The notes under the pieces are model-generated. The model did no database searches. It was not told the DNA's origin and saw only the letters and a list, made by a program, of their open reading frames with translations. Shown one piece after another: positions 1 through 11,055 of a stretch of DNA of 61,147 nucleotides. The position numbers and the translations under genes were made by a program. Positions within the stretch are counted from its first letter, which is position 1; every line of letters starts with the position of its first letter. Source of the DNA: Atractiella rhizophila (lineage: Eukaryota); NCBI GenBank assembly GCA_021432655.1, contig MU271307.1, forward strand, positions 37,295-98,441, in the 5' to 3' direction.

Positions 1-254
1 TTCAATCCATCCCTGTACATTTCGTTTCTTTTCCTAGTTCCCAGTTCCGAAACCGTTGGAGGTGGTCAGAACAGCCTTTGGGTGCACGGGTAAACAAGGG
101 GAAACCCACGGGTTCCTGACCTTTGAGGAGCTTCCCCTACCCCACCCCGTGCCCATGAAGGGTGAACCCTTGCCACCCAAGGATGACCCCCTACGGGTAG
201 GGGGTGGGGAGGGTTGAGGGTTTGACGGATTTCGAAATCCGTATACATTCCCTA
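1..254 (-). mobile_element. Terminus of a hAT-like DNA transposon; the element continues left of the window
   Basis: Minus strand begins TAGGGAATGTATACGG, followed by an 18-bp palindrome (225-242) and ACCC/GGGT-rich subterminal motifs. A homologous copy lies at ~53460-53610. Confidence 0.55.
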
Positions 255-1659
255 TGGGCTAAGTCCCTTTTCCGACCGTCTTGATGAAAAGTTGTTATAG
301 ACATTAGCACCACCACAGAACGACAACACCTAATTCTTAGGACTCATTTACGACTTACGACTTACGGCTGACGCGTATTTACGATTTACAAAAATATTTA
401 TCACGAAATGAGCCGACTACAGACTCCAAGCAATTCCACCATTGGGCTAAAGACGAGACTTTGTGAAGGAGCGAGAAAGAATGACACTGCTTCTACTATT
501 CACATTCGCAATATCTCTGAACTTCAGTCTCTACCCGCTCCCTCTCAGAAATGCCAGATCTGGAATTCTTCTCCTATCAACCATCCATATCACACTAGTA
601 GGCAATCCATTCTGGATGACCAATGGAATAGCCTGCATGAGGCTCGTGGAACTGTGGAACACTCTCGCACCTGGTATCCTCCTCAGAGTTCGTTTCTTAT
701 ACTTCTCTATCACTTCTAATCACCATTTGGGTGGATTTGAACCATTGACGTTGAGCCTTCACTTTTCACAGCCTCCACCAAGCAATGGGACTTTTGGAGA
801 TGAAGAACTGGAATCCGTAGCTGCCAACTTGGCTGTCGCAACAACTGGTCCATCAAGTTCCATTTTGACAGGCCCAATGTACCGTTCAAGAGGGGAGGTA
901 GCAACTCCCTTTAACAGGTGAAGCAGAACGCGAAGGTGAGTTTCCGTCGACTTCGTTCATGAATCTTTTAGACGCACTCCTTGCCAACGGGGAGGGAGGA
1001 CGAGCTGTCGCCTCAGCCGAGCTTTTGTTGCAAAGAGGTATGCGTCGAGATGGGCTTTCAGTATCCCCACACATGCAGAAGCGATGCTTGCTCTTCCTTT
1101 TCGTTCGCCACACCAGTCGCCCTCGCGGATCCAACATTGCAGCGGTAATTGCGGTTTTTGCTTTCGGTGCGGGCAATAGAGAAGATATCCGCCTTCGCTG
1201 TTGGGGGAGAGGGATGTGGTAACCGCGTTCTCCTTGTCCGCTTCGTTCTCATTCGTGTGCATCTGCATCTTCGGAGTCGGTATTGGATCGAGAATTTTTT
1301 TGAATTCCTCCTTGGGTTCTTCAGCTTCCGGCAGCGCTCTTGAAAGAGAGTGAGTGATGTTCATCGTTCTGTTTCGTCGTCGATGTCCATACATCTTTCA
1401 GAGTCAAAGAGATCAACTGTTTGTCCCTCATAGCGGCTGGATGGACATTCGTCATCTCCATATCCATCGGTTGGAGAGGCGTTCAATCTCGAAGAGCCTA
1501 CCCAAGTTCACAATAATAGTCAGCATACTCCACTCGCTTTTGACTCGAGAGTGCTAAGTGTTAATCTCAAAAGCGCCACTGGTTCGATCTGAAGATGCAA
1601 CATACCTTACGTGAGCTTTGGCCGCAAGAGATAATTGTTTACCCTCCTTTCGGAAGAAA

Positions 1660-1950
1660 TCAAACGCCTCTGATGATGGCCTGACCAGGTAGCGTTTCTC
1701 CGAAATGCCAGCATGTGGGGGATTTTGAGAAGAATATGTAGAACAGGACCCTTGTCACGAGCAGGACCAGGAATAATCCCTACGATTGCGACAATCTATC
1801 CTAGGAGCTATCAAGGTGAGCTTGTAGATATTCTCTAGAGAGGGACTGAGGATGTAGACGGTTACCGGAGAAGAGTTCTTCATCTACTGTGGCGAAATCT
1901 TGAGAGAATCTGTTCAAAATGTGCCCAGTTGGAGTCTTGTCAAATGAAAC
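1660..1950 (-). pseudogene. Fragment of an ABCC/MRP-type ABC transporter transmembrane domain
   Basis: Minus-strand translations FDKTPTGHILNRFSQDFATVDEEL (~1868-1945) and SKSPTCWHFGETLPGQAIIRGV* (~1660-1730) match the ABCC motifs FFDxTPxGRILNRFSxD and SPxxxHFxETLxGxxxIRA. There is an in-frame stop and no nucleotide-binding domain nearby. Confidence 0.65.
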
Positions 1951-2497
1951 GCTTCGCTCGTTAAAAGACGTTCAAAATGTTACCTAAAAGTCTTGCCGTC
2001 TCGGCGCCATGTAAGCGGAAGAACGTTCTTGAGTTCCAAGGACTGGGAATAGGTACCTGGGTGGCAAGAACAGCAGGGAGCCTCTATCTAATGTTGTCAG
2101 GTCAGAACCTAATGGACTGTTGACGAAAGACTTACGAAGACGGGTACACAAACTTTTGGCACAACGCAAGTCCGACGTCCTCCCTTCCCGTCAACGAAGC
2201 GGGTGGGTAACATGGGTCAATGTTCAGATCGTCCAGATCACGCACGTGAAAAAGCGACGTCGAACCGTCATAGTAACAGAAGTGAATGCAGGGTCAAACA
2301 GAAGTGACCGGGAATAAAATAGGTGCAATGCATTGCTTTATCAAACGTAGTACGAATACGAAAGATGGATCGTTCAGATGAGAGCGGGCAGACAAGGTAT
2401 AAATTGATAGCTTGACTTCTTGACTTCAAGGTGAACGATATGAGCTTATTCGACACTGTCTCCGTTGTCATTGACGTCGGTGTTTGAGGTGCCAGGT

Positions 2498-3456
2498 TCA
2501 GCACTATTAGGAAAGGAGAGTGCCTCGTCAGAAGATGGCAAAGAGGAACTTAGAGGGGGGGTTGACGAACTGCTGTTGCGTCTTTAGCTTTGGAGGTGAT
2601 GATGAGCGCGACGATGAGGCCGTACAAACCCAACACTTCCGCGAAAACTAAGTAGAAGAGAACGTATCAATCTCCCTATTCTTCCTGAGATAGGTAAAAA
2701 AAAAAAGGTACTGAGGATCAAAATCATGCCCACGTAAAGCCTTGGCTGCTGGGCAGTTCCTCTGACACCAGCATCACCAACGATGCCTACGTTACTCTTC
2801 AGCATAACTGGAGAGAACTAACAGGGAACGGCGCACCGATGGCGAAGCCAGCTGCCAGTCCAGCAAGTCCGACGGACAGACCTGCGCCGAGTTGAATAAA
2901 GCCTTTGTAGAGAGGCATAGGGGATTTGATATCGCCAGATATGAGAACCGAGACGACCAGTCCATCTTTTTGCGTTTCGGCAGCATTCAGTATCACTCCC
3001 CAGAAGGAGAGAAGAAGTAGGCTCACAGATCTACACAGCGGGAGTTGAAGGGGTGCATAAAGAATCAGATACATATTACGAGTGATGGAGTGGGCACGGA
3101 CACCAATGATACCGGCCATGACGACGGAGATAATACATTTGATGAGGAGGTCAGGTCGAACGACACCCATGGCACTGATGCCAACACCGGACTTAGAGGT
3201 TCCGAAGGAGGCACCGATACCTTCATCCTCAACCCCACATCAGCTCTCCCCCAAAAGACCGACGAAAATATACACACAAGTGAAGACGATAGAGGAGGTG
3301 CAACCCTATATATTACCTCCCAATTTAGCGAGACATTTTTGAAGCAGAAGAATATTGAGTACCATGACACCGAAGAAGGGGGCGTAGACCTTCCACATCG
3401 TCAGTTTCTCTCGTTCAAAGGGGAAAAAAACACACAGGGCAAAGGTCAGAAGACAT
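2498..3456 (-). CDS. VMA3: V-type H+-ATPase 16 kDa proteolipid subunit c (multi-exon)
   Basis: Spliced translation [77 protein letters not shown]...[64 protein letters not shown] introns throughout; the conserved proton-binding Glu is in FAEVLGLYG. Confidence 0.95.
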
Positions 3457-4020
3457 TTTATTATTTCTGGCCGAGACAACACAAAAGTGACGAATTGAAT
3501 ATGAGACCTGGAGGTGGTGACTTGAGATCTTGGTATGTCTTTTCTTAAATGTCACTGCAGGGCTGAATCCAAATCGACTCATTCGAGAGGCGAACCATGC
3601 GGTATCCATATCAACTGACAAACATTCTTGATGAGCGAGCGTCGCTCTATCTAGCAGCGCCGACAACCCTGTCCACATACTTAAAGGAACTGTCTGATCA
3701 GTTGCCAGACGTATTTCCAAACGTTCAGCAGTCATATTGCAGTCCATGCACTATGGGTTACGAAGAAATAGAAAATACATTGCTAGAATTTCGCATAGAT
3801 ATTGAACAACACGTCTTTTCTCTTTCGGTTTGCCTCTGTGAACACCAGAGTAATCGGTAAACCTCACAACTCGTTCATCCTCCGTCTAAGCCATCGTGTG
3901 CGCGCCTATCCGTGATCTATGCCTGCCGAAGAAAGAACTGGTGGAACATCCAGGAGCTGATTTTGCCCTGGTCTCCCTCCCATAGGCGACACGGATGTGA
4001 GCTTGCACAATAGTTCAAAC

Positions 4021-4277
4021 TGTTGAAGTTCAGCCCGCCACCACCACTCACAGCTTACTAAGAACGACGCGATGCCACATATTCGAGGGGATTCTATTTT
4101 CTTCTCGCTTCTTCTTGCTTACTTATTTTCTTACGCGTTGGTGTACTTCTAGAATTTGTTTGCCACATCTTTCTCAGATATATAAACCGTGTTAAAGTCA
4201 GGCAGAAATATGTAGTAATGATATCTTTGTTTCCTCTCAACTAAAAAACTCGCATCATTATTCACAGTCTTACAACA
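4021..4277 (+). repeat. 5' LTR of the Copia element
   Basis: TG...CA ends, internal TATATAAA, homologous to 8499-8762. Confidence 0.93.
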
Positions 4278-4289
4278 GGTTATGAGCCC
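4278..4289 (+). promoter_or_regulatory. Primer-binding site (half-tRNAiMet type, as in copia/Ty5)
   Basis: GGTTATGAGCCC abuts the 5' LTR and resembles the GGTTATGGGCCC PBS of copia-like elements. Confidence 0.8.
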
Positions 4290-4366
4290 AAACGCCTGAC
4301 CAGCAAGATCAATACCATTCACACCCACGAAGAAAACACCTCACCAATCCACCGCTAACAGCCACC

Positions 4367-7300
4367 ATGTCGGAAGACCACCTCGGTGCATTCAAGATCG
4401 AGCCACTTAAGGCAAAGAACTGGGTCGCGTACAAACCACGCATCACCGCAGTCTTGCGAGAACTCGACCTGCTCGACTACGTAACAGGATCGAAGAAAGA
4501 TAGACCGGTTCCTATCAAAGTCAGAGATGCCGATGGGGCGGAAACGGTCACGAACCTCGATGACCTCGAGGCATGGGATGTCAAGGATAGGAAGGCGCAG
4601 ACCCGTTTCGAGCTAACGATTTCGGATGGCGAGCTTGTACACCTGACGGCGGCGAAGACAGCGGCGCAGATGTGGACGCAGTTGTGTGCGGTGAAAGAGG
4701 CGAGAGGCATCCAAGGGATCCTGGCAACACGAAGACGGCTGTACAAGACGAAGGCCGAAGAAGGCTTCTCGATGGTTGAGCACATCTCAAACTTCAGGCA
4801 GATACAGGAAGAACTTACCTTAATGGGCGACACGCTCAGTGATCAAGACTTCAGTTTTCTCCTTATCGCATCGCTCCCTGATTCCTGGGACAACTTCACA
4901 TCAGCCTACTTCGGTGCGAACTCGAACAAACTCACCATCACTTCGCATGAACTTTCGTCGCTTCTAACCGAAGAAGAGAGGAGGAGGAAAGAGAAATCTG
5001 GCGAGTTAGAAACCGCAATGTACGGGAAGGGGAAGAGGCTCACCGGCCAGCACAGCGGCGGGAGCAAGCCTGATAAATCCGGCGTTGAGTGTTTCAACTG
5101 CGGTAAGAAGGGCCACTTCAAGGCGGACTGCTGGTCTGCAGGAGGTGGGAAGGAAGGCCAAAGACCTGGCAAGAATCAGAAAGGCAGGGGAAGAGGGGAG
5201 AAGGCTCACCAAGCGAAAGATAAAGCCGGCGACTCCGCCTTCCAGGGAACCGAGCATTTCGACGCAAGACTCTCGCGCAGGGTATGGCTCGGCGATTCAG
5301 GCACCACCTCGCATATCAGCAACAGCATGGATGGCTTTACGAAGGAAGCATGCGTACCTCTCTCAAACTTCTCAATACACGGACTCTCGAAAGAGCCAAT
5401 TCCAGCGACGCTCCGAGGACCGTACACGCTCCACGTCCTTGTCAACGGTCAGTCAAAGACCCTAACGCTCAAGGATACGCTCTACGCACCTGATGCACCG
5501 AATTCACTCCTTTCCGTTGGACGACTCGACGATGCGGGTGGGGAAGCAACATTTGGGCATGGCAAGATTAAACTCTGGAGCAAGAACCGTCAGTTGCTTG
5601 CTCAGGGCACGAAGAGGGGGAGGCTTTACCAGTTGGACTTGGATGCAAGCAAGGCAACGGCTTTGGTGGTGGCAGAGAAACCGGCAAAGACTTGGGATGA
5701 ATGGCACCGTGCATTCGGTCACATCGGCATGTCGACACTGGAAGAGCTGCACAAGAAGGGATTAGTTGACGGTATGAATGTGGATACGACGAGCTCACCT
5801 TCCATTTGCGAAGCCTGCATCCAAGCAAAACACGCGCATAACCCCTATCCACACGAAGCATCAACACGAGCCGAGCAGCCTGGGGAACTCACCTACTCCG
5901 ACGTCTGGGGACCCTCACAAGTCCCTTCGATTGGCAACTCGCGATACTATATCTCATTCACCGACGACTGCACGCGTCGGACCACGGTATCGTTCATGAA
6001 GACAAAGGACCCGGTGCTGTCGAAAATTCAGTCGCATATCAATCTCGTTGAAAGAAAATACGGACATGTTCCCAAGAAGATTCGTGTTGATCAAGGCGGA
6101 GAGTTTATTGGGCAGAAGGTGCGCGATTGGTTGGAGGTCGAAAAAGGAATCGAGCTCGAGGTGACTGCACCGTACTCGCATCAGCAGTTGGGCGTGGCGG
6201 AGCGCATGAACAGGACACTGGTGGAACTGGCAAGGGCGATGCTTTTTGCTAGGAAACTATCAGGACGGCTCTGGGCGGAGGCAGTGAAGCATGCCGCTTA
6301 CCTACGAAACAGAGCGCTCACGCGAGCACTGGACGGCAAGACGCCTCACGAGGCATGGTCTAAGGAGAAGCCGGTTGTGGGCGAGCTCCAGGAATTCGGA
6401 CGGGACGTATGGGTGATAGACGAGAGGCAGAAGCCAAAACTGGACCCCAAATCAGTAAAGGTCATCTTCGTGGGGTATAAAGATGGACCAAAGGCAATTC
6501 GATACTATAATCCAAAGACACAGCGAGTTCTCATCTCGCGAAACTTCAAATTCGGCGAGGATGAAGAATCGGTCACCATTCCTTCCGTCCAGCCCACTCC
6601 GACCAAGAAAAGAACAGAGGAGAAGAGTGGGAGCGACTCACCTGCTCCCAAAGACCCAGAAACCCCATTACCACATCCCACCGAACCGAATACTCCATCT
6701 ACCGAAACCGCGCCAGATCCAGACCCGCCTGCGCCAGCCTCTGCAACCATATTAGGAAAACGCCCAAGAGCGACGGTCGACTACTATACCTTGCACACCG
6801 GCAAGCATCGACCAAAGAGTCGAGCACCATCTTCGTCCACTGTGCCGCTGATGAACGACCCCGTACCCTTTGCGAACGCCAGCAACTTTGCGCTCGCGTT
6901 CCTCTCACAAATCTCCCTCACCGACGACAATCCTCAGACCTACGACGATGCGAAAGAAGCACACGACTGGAGAGACTGGGAGAAGGCCATGGAAGGAGAA
7001 ATCAGTCAGTTGCAGAAGTTCGGGACGTGGAAGAAAGACTTGGTCGAGTTACCACCCGGCAGGAAGGCCGTAGGCTCCAAGTGGGTGTTTGTTCGGAAGA
7101 GGAACGAGCGCGGAGAGGTGGCGAGGCACAAGGCTCGATTGGTGGCGCAGGGATTCCTGCAAATCGCAGGTCAAGACTTCAACCAGACGTTCTCACCCGT
7201 CGCAAGACTGGAATCCTTGCGCGCTATCGTGGCACTTGCGGCGGCTCAGGGATGGGAAATTCATTTGATGGACGTCGTCGGGGCGTATCTCAATGGAGAT

Positions 7301-8491
7301 CTGGAAGAAGATCTGGAGATTTACCTGAGGCAGCCTCCCGGATTCGACGATGGGACGGGACGCGTGTACAGGCTTGTCAAAGGGTTGTACGGCTTGAAGC
7401 AAGCCGGAAGGATCTGGAACATCAGGCTCAACAAGGTCCTCGAGGGCCTCGGGTTCAAAAGATCAACAGCAGACTACTGCGTCCACATTCGCAGGACGGG
7501 AGGCACCGTCACGATCCTCTTAGTCTGGGTTGACGACATCGTGCTTGTCTCGAACGACAGCACCGAGCTTGCAACAGTCAAGGAGGAGTTGCAGCGTGCC
7601 TTCGAGGTCACAGACCAAGGGCAGGGCAACCTCCTGCTCGGAATCCAAATCCTACGAGACAAGGAGAAGGGCACGATTGCACTTTCGCAAGCAAATTACG
7701 TCGACACCATGCTCAAGCGCTATCACATGGAGAACGCAAAACCTTCATTTATTCCAATCGATCCGAACACAAAGCTGCTGCCGAGCAGCGACAGCGATTC
7801 TCTCGTCGACGAAAAACTCTACCAAGGAGCGGTTGGATCGCTCATGTACGCCGTGATGGGGACGCGTCCCGACATCGCGTTTGCGGTCCAAACTGTCAGT
7901 CAATTTTCTTCAAAGCCAAATCAATCGCATTGGACAGCGGTCCAACGCATCTTCCGCTACCTCAAAGCGACGAAGGGACGGGCGCTTGTTTACGGGGGTG
8001 ACGGAGGGAGGCTCACCAAAGTTGTCGGGTACTGCGACGCCGACGGGAACTCCAGCGAGGCAAACGGACGCAAAGCCATCTCTGGCTACGTGTACCTTGT
8101 GTCGGGGGGTGCGATATCTTGGTCCTCAAAGAAGCAGACCACAACAGCGCTATCAACTACTGAAGCCGAGTACGTCGCAATGTCGCATGCAGCCCGGGAA
8201 GCCATCTGGCTGCGAAAACTCTTCACGGACATCGGATTCGCACCAAACGGCGCAACCACTCTTTTCTGCGACAACCAGGCCGCGATATCTCTCTCGGCGA
8301 ACCCCGAGTTTCACCGTCGCACAAAGCACATCGATATAATCCACCATTTCATCAGAGATCAAGTCACTGATGCGAAAATCGACGTCGCATACGTACCTTC
8401 CGAGGAAAACCTCTCTGATATTTTCACCAAAGCTCTCTCAAGACCTGCGGTGGACAAGTTCACTCAAGAAATGGGATTGGTGACGGACTGA
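4367..8491 (+). CDS. Copia Gag-Pol polyprotein, 1374 aa (Gag zinc knuckle, protease, integrase, RT, RNase H)
   Basis: CFNCGKKGHFKADC; WLGDSGTTSH; WHRAFGH...CEAC; SDVWGP / VDQGGEF / GVAERMNRT; LYGLKQA and WVDD; CDAD, EAEY, CDNQAA, SDIFTK. Integrase precedes RT, the Copia order. Confidence 0.97.
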   Translation: MSEDHLGAFKIEPLKAKNWVAYKPRITAVLRELDLLDYVTGSKKDRPVPIKVRDADGAETVTNLDDLEAWDVKDRKAQTRFELTISDGELVHLTAAKTAAQMWTQLCAVKEARGIQGILATRRRLYKTKAEEGFSMVEHISNFRQIQEELTLMGDTLSDQDFSFLLIASLPDSWDNFTSAYFGANSNKLTITSHELSSLLTEEERRRKEKSGELETAMYGKGKRLTGQHSGGSKPDKSGVECFNCGKKGHFKADCWSAGGGKEGQRPGKNQKGRGRGEKAHQAKDKAGDSAFQGTEHFDARLSRRVWLGDSGTTSHISNSMDGFTKEACVPLSNFSIHGLSKEPIPATLRGPYTLHVLVNGQSKTLTLKDTLYAPDAPNSLLSVGRLDDAGGEATFGHGKIKLWSKNRQLLAQGTKRGRLYQLDLDASKATALVVAEKPAKTWDEWHRAFGHIGMSTLEELHKKGLVDGMNVDTTSSPSICEACIQAKHAHNPYPHEASTRAEQPGELTYSDVWGPSQVPSIGNSRYYISFTDDCTRRTTVSFMKTKDPVLSKIQSHINLVERKYGHVPKKIRVDQGGEFIGQKVRDWLEVEKGIELEVTAPYSHQQLGVAERMNRTLVELARAMLFARKLSGRLWAEAVKHAAYLRNRALTRALDGKTPHEAWSKEKPVVGELQEFGRDVWVIDERQKPKLDPKSVKVIFVGYKDGPKAIRYYNPKTQRVLISRNFKFGEDEESVTIPSVQPTPTKKRTEEKSGSDSPAPKDPETPLPHPTEPNTPSTETAPDPDPPAPASATILGKRPRATVDYYTLHTGKHRPKSRAPSSSTVPLMNDPVPFANASNFALAFLSQISLTDDNPQTYDDAKEAHDWRDWEKAMEGEISQLQKFGTWKKDLVELPPGRKAVGSKWVFVRKRNERGEVARHKARLVAQGFLQIAGQDFNQTFSPVARLESLRAIVALAAAQGWEIHLMDVVGAYLNGDLEEDLEIYLRQPPGFDDGTGRVYRLVKGLYGLKQAGRIWNIRLNKVLEGLGFKRSTADYCVHIRRTGGTVTILLVWVDDIVLVSNDSTELATVKEELQRAFEVTDQGQGNLLLGIQILRDKEKGTIALSQANYVDTMLKRYHMENAKPSFIPIDPNTKLLPSSDSDSLVDEKLYQGAVGSLMYAVMGTRPDIAFAVQTVSQFSSKPNQSHWTAVQRIFRYLKATKGRALVYGGDGGRLTKVVGYCDADGNSSEANGRKAISGYVYLVSGGAISWSSKKQTTTALSTTEAEYVAMSHAAREAIWLRKLFTDIGFAPNGATTLFCDNQAAISLSANPEFHRRTKHIDIIHHFIRDQVTDAKIDVAYVPSEENLSDIFTKALSRPAVDKFTQEMGLVTD

Positions 8492-8498
8492 GGGGGTG

Positions 8499-8762
8499 TG
8501 TTGAAGTTCAGCCCGCCACCTTTCACGGCTTACTAAGAACGACGCGACGCCACATATTCGAGGGGATTCTATTTCTTCTCGTTTCTTCTTGCTTACTGAT
8601 TTCTTACACGTTGGTGTACTTTCTAGAATTTGTTTGCCACACTTTTCTCAGATATATAAACTGTGTTGAAGTCTGGGAGAAAAATGTAGTAATAATAATA
8701 ATAATAATATTCTTGTTTCCTCTAAACTAAAATCTGGCATCAGTAACCGCAGTCTTACAACA
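8499..8762 (+). repeat. 3' LTR of the Copia element, with a (TAA)n expansion
   Basis: Homologous to 4021-4277 and follows the PPT. Confidence 0.93.
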
Positions 8763-9775
8763 AGCTATCTGACATGTTGTATTCACCACGTCCATCGGGC
8801 ACTCGCAGCACTTCACCACACCATTCTTGTCAAACAACTTACTCATGTGCATTGGACAAGGCCTAGAACTTTGTTTCTAGGCTTTTATCAATTACAGCTT
8901 GAGGCTATGTACGTGAACAAAAGTGCAGGCCCAGTCGTAATCAAAGTACTCCAGCAATTGAACCACCAGAACAATATCAGTACATGGGCTACTTTGTTCC
9001 ATTAGCACTGACACATCCCTACTGTCATCGCACTATGGTGGATATAATAAGTACAGTCGACATGAAGGAGAGGGATGACATACATCCAAAATTGATGGGA
9101 TATGGAATAGACACCATTTGGTTTCCTAATTCATGGGCACAAGTGGACTGAGCAAGCAAGAAGGGTGATCAAGGACAATAACTACCTTTCACCGCTGTTT
9201 TTCCAAGCACAAGCAAAAAGGTCTGTTCATGCACTTACTTTTCTTTCTGTGCGACCACAGTGCTCACCTTGCAAGCATCCGTAGGGATGCCTATGTCAAT
9301 CAAATCCTTCTCTTTGACATCCACCAAGGCACTTTGGATCACATATTCAGTTGTAATTTTTAAAGAAAAGACGGGATACTGCACGGTATTAAACTTAGAG
9401 GCTGCAAATCTGCAGATCGTGTTGATCTTGTTGAGCAAATATTATAGGAGAAGAAAGAAACCCAAAACAAACTTGTCATAGTGCTCTCCCATCCCACAAG
9501 TTGTCAAGGCGTGCATCAGATCCGTATTAGTTTGAGCTTGAGACATCTTCACAGGATGATGGGGAAATCTTTGATGATTTGCTTCTTAACGGTTTATAAA
9601 GTTTCGATGCCCTGACCTCCGACAGCCTGAGTTGGCAAGTCCATCCTACTACTTGCTGGCGATGCTTGCCCCCCTAATGGTGAACGACAATCCATGCCAA
9701 CTCACTATCGCTTGTACCTGAACAACTTTTCTTTGTATTGAGCGAGCCGGCGAAATGATGCTTCCGGGCACAATG

Positions 9776-9890
9776 AGATCAAATGTCTATTCGTATACGG
9801 TGGATCAAACGGCCATTCGCATTCGGTGGATGAAATGGCCATTCGCATTCGGTGGATCAAATGGCCAATCCCATACGGGGGATCAAAGAG
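9776..9890 (+). repeat. 26-bp minisatellite, about 4 units
   Basis: Units resembling GGATCAAATGGCCATTCGCATTCGGT repeated head to tail. Confidence 0.8.
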
Positions 9891-10505
9891 CATCCAGTTA
9901 GCAGGAACCTGAGACATGCGGGAAATAGAGCTGGCATCGTCACCTAAGTGAGGGCCCCAAACAAGAAGTAAGGCTGGGTATCCTGGTCCAATCCTCGTAT
10001 CGCAGCCGAAAAGTGGGCAAACTGGACCAGCGCCTTAACCGCAATGTCACGACCCCTTGGCGATGGGTCCCACATTCACGGGTGTACCCATGCTACCCAC
10101 GGTGGCTAACCCGTATAGGCGGCTTCTTAAAGTATAGGCATTCTACGGGTTCCCATGTGAGAGGAAACTTAGCATTTGCGATTGATGATTAGGATTCAGC
10201 GTCGCCTTCCTCGTTTCAGACCTCAACATATACAACAATCGCCCCGAAAGAAGAACTGATGCACGGTTAGATCAAGTTGTGGTATAAAATCTTGCCTTCC
10301 TGCAATGCCTTGCATCCACTGCCACTCCTTTCACCATGCAAGAAGAGATGACGGTGGATCGAACGACAATTCCGCAAAACATAAGGCTGACTGGATGTGT
10401 CATCGTCCCCGTTGGTGGATCGTCAATGATGATTGGTCGCGTAGTGCTGCCTGCATGGTGAGCGATTGACGTTGTCGGATGGGTGACTGATAGATTGTCC
10501 AGCGG

Positions 10506-11055
10506 TGTAGACGGAAGGATTGCATGCGATAAGGTATCTAGGATTTGCGTGGAGTGGTGGATGGTGAACTAATCCACTTTTTGCAGACGACACCTTGCAG
10601 ACCTTGCACAGCATGAGCCATCCTTTCCAAATTGTCCCATGTCTGATTGGGGTTGTAGGACAGGGGAAGCGAACTTGTGTCGCCCCAATCCTAGCCAAAT
10701 AGCCGTGTGTTTTCTCAATGCTGTCGAGCTTTATTAATGGTGATATTAGTACGCTGAATATGCCTCAAGTTTGTTGCAAGATGTAGACGGAAGGATGGCG
10801 TGCGATACGGTATCTGGGATTTGCATGGAGTGGTGGATGGTGAACTGATCCACTTTTGCAGGCGACACCTTGCGGACCTTGCACAGCGTGAGCCATCCTT
10901 TCCAAATTGTCCCATGTCTGATTGGGGTTGTGGGACAGGGGAAGCGAACTTGTGTCGCCCCAACCCCAGCCAAATAGCTGTGTATTTGCTCAATGCTGTC
11001 GAGCTTTAATAATGGTGATATTAGTACGCCAAATATGCCTCAACGTTGTTACAAC
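10506..11055 (+). repeat. Tandem duplication, period 276 bp
   Basis: TGTAGACGGAAGGAT...AATATGCCTCAA starts at 10506 and again at 10782, with scattered substitutions. Confidence 0.9.

Larger units (their letters stand above)
4021..8762 (+). mobile_element. Full-length Ty1/Copia LTR retrotransposon
   Basis: LTRs TGTTGAAG...TACAACA at 4021-4277 and 8499-8762, PBS GGTTATGAGCCC directly after the 5' LTR, PPT GAGGGGGTG before the 3' LTR, and one gag-pol ORF. Confidence 0.97.

Noticed and set aside
408..1560. ORFs on both strands (e.g. 463-921 +, 957-1394 -)
   Set aside because: Minus-strand pieces look exon-like, but I could not assemble a continuous frame or recognise a family. The plus-strand ORFs appear to be antisense shadows.
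4477..8362. Many short alternative-frame and antisense ORFs inside the Copia
   Set aside because: By-products of GC-rich coding sequence, with no independent motifs.
8900..9560. Possible Cys-rich multi-exon gene relic on the minus strand
   Set aside because: In-frame stops and no recognisable domain; I cannot support a gene model.
9776..9890. CRISPR-like array
   Set aside because: Units are contiguous without unique spacers, the context is eukaryotic, and there are no cas genes.
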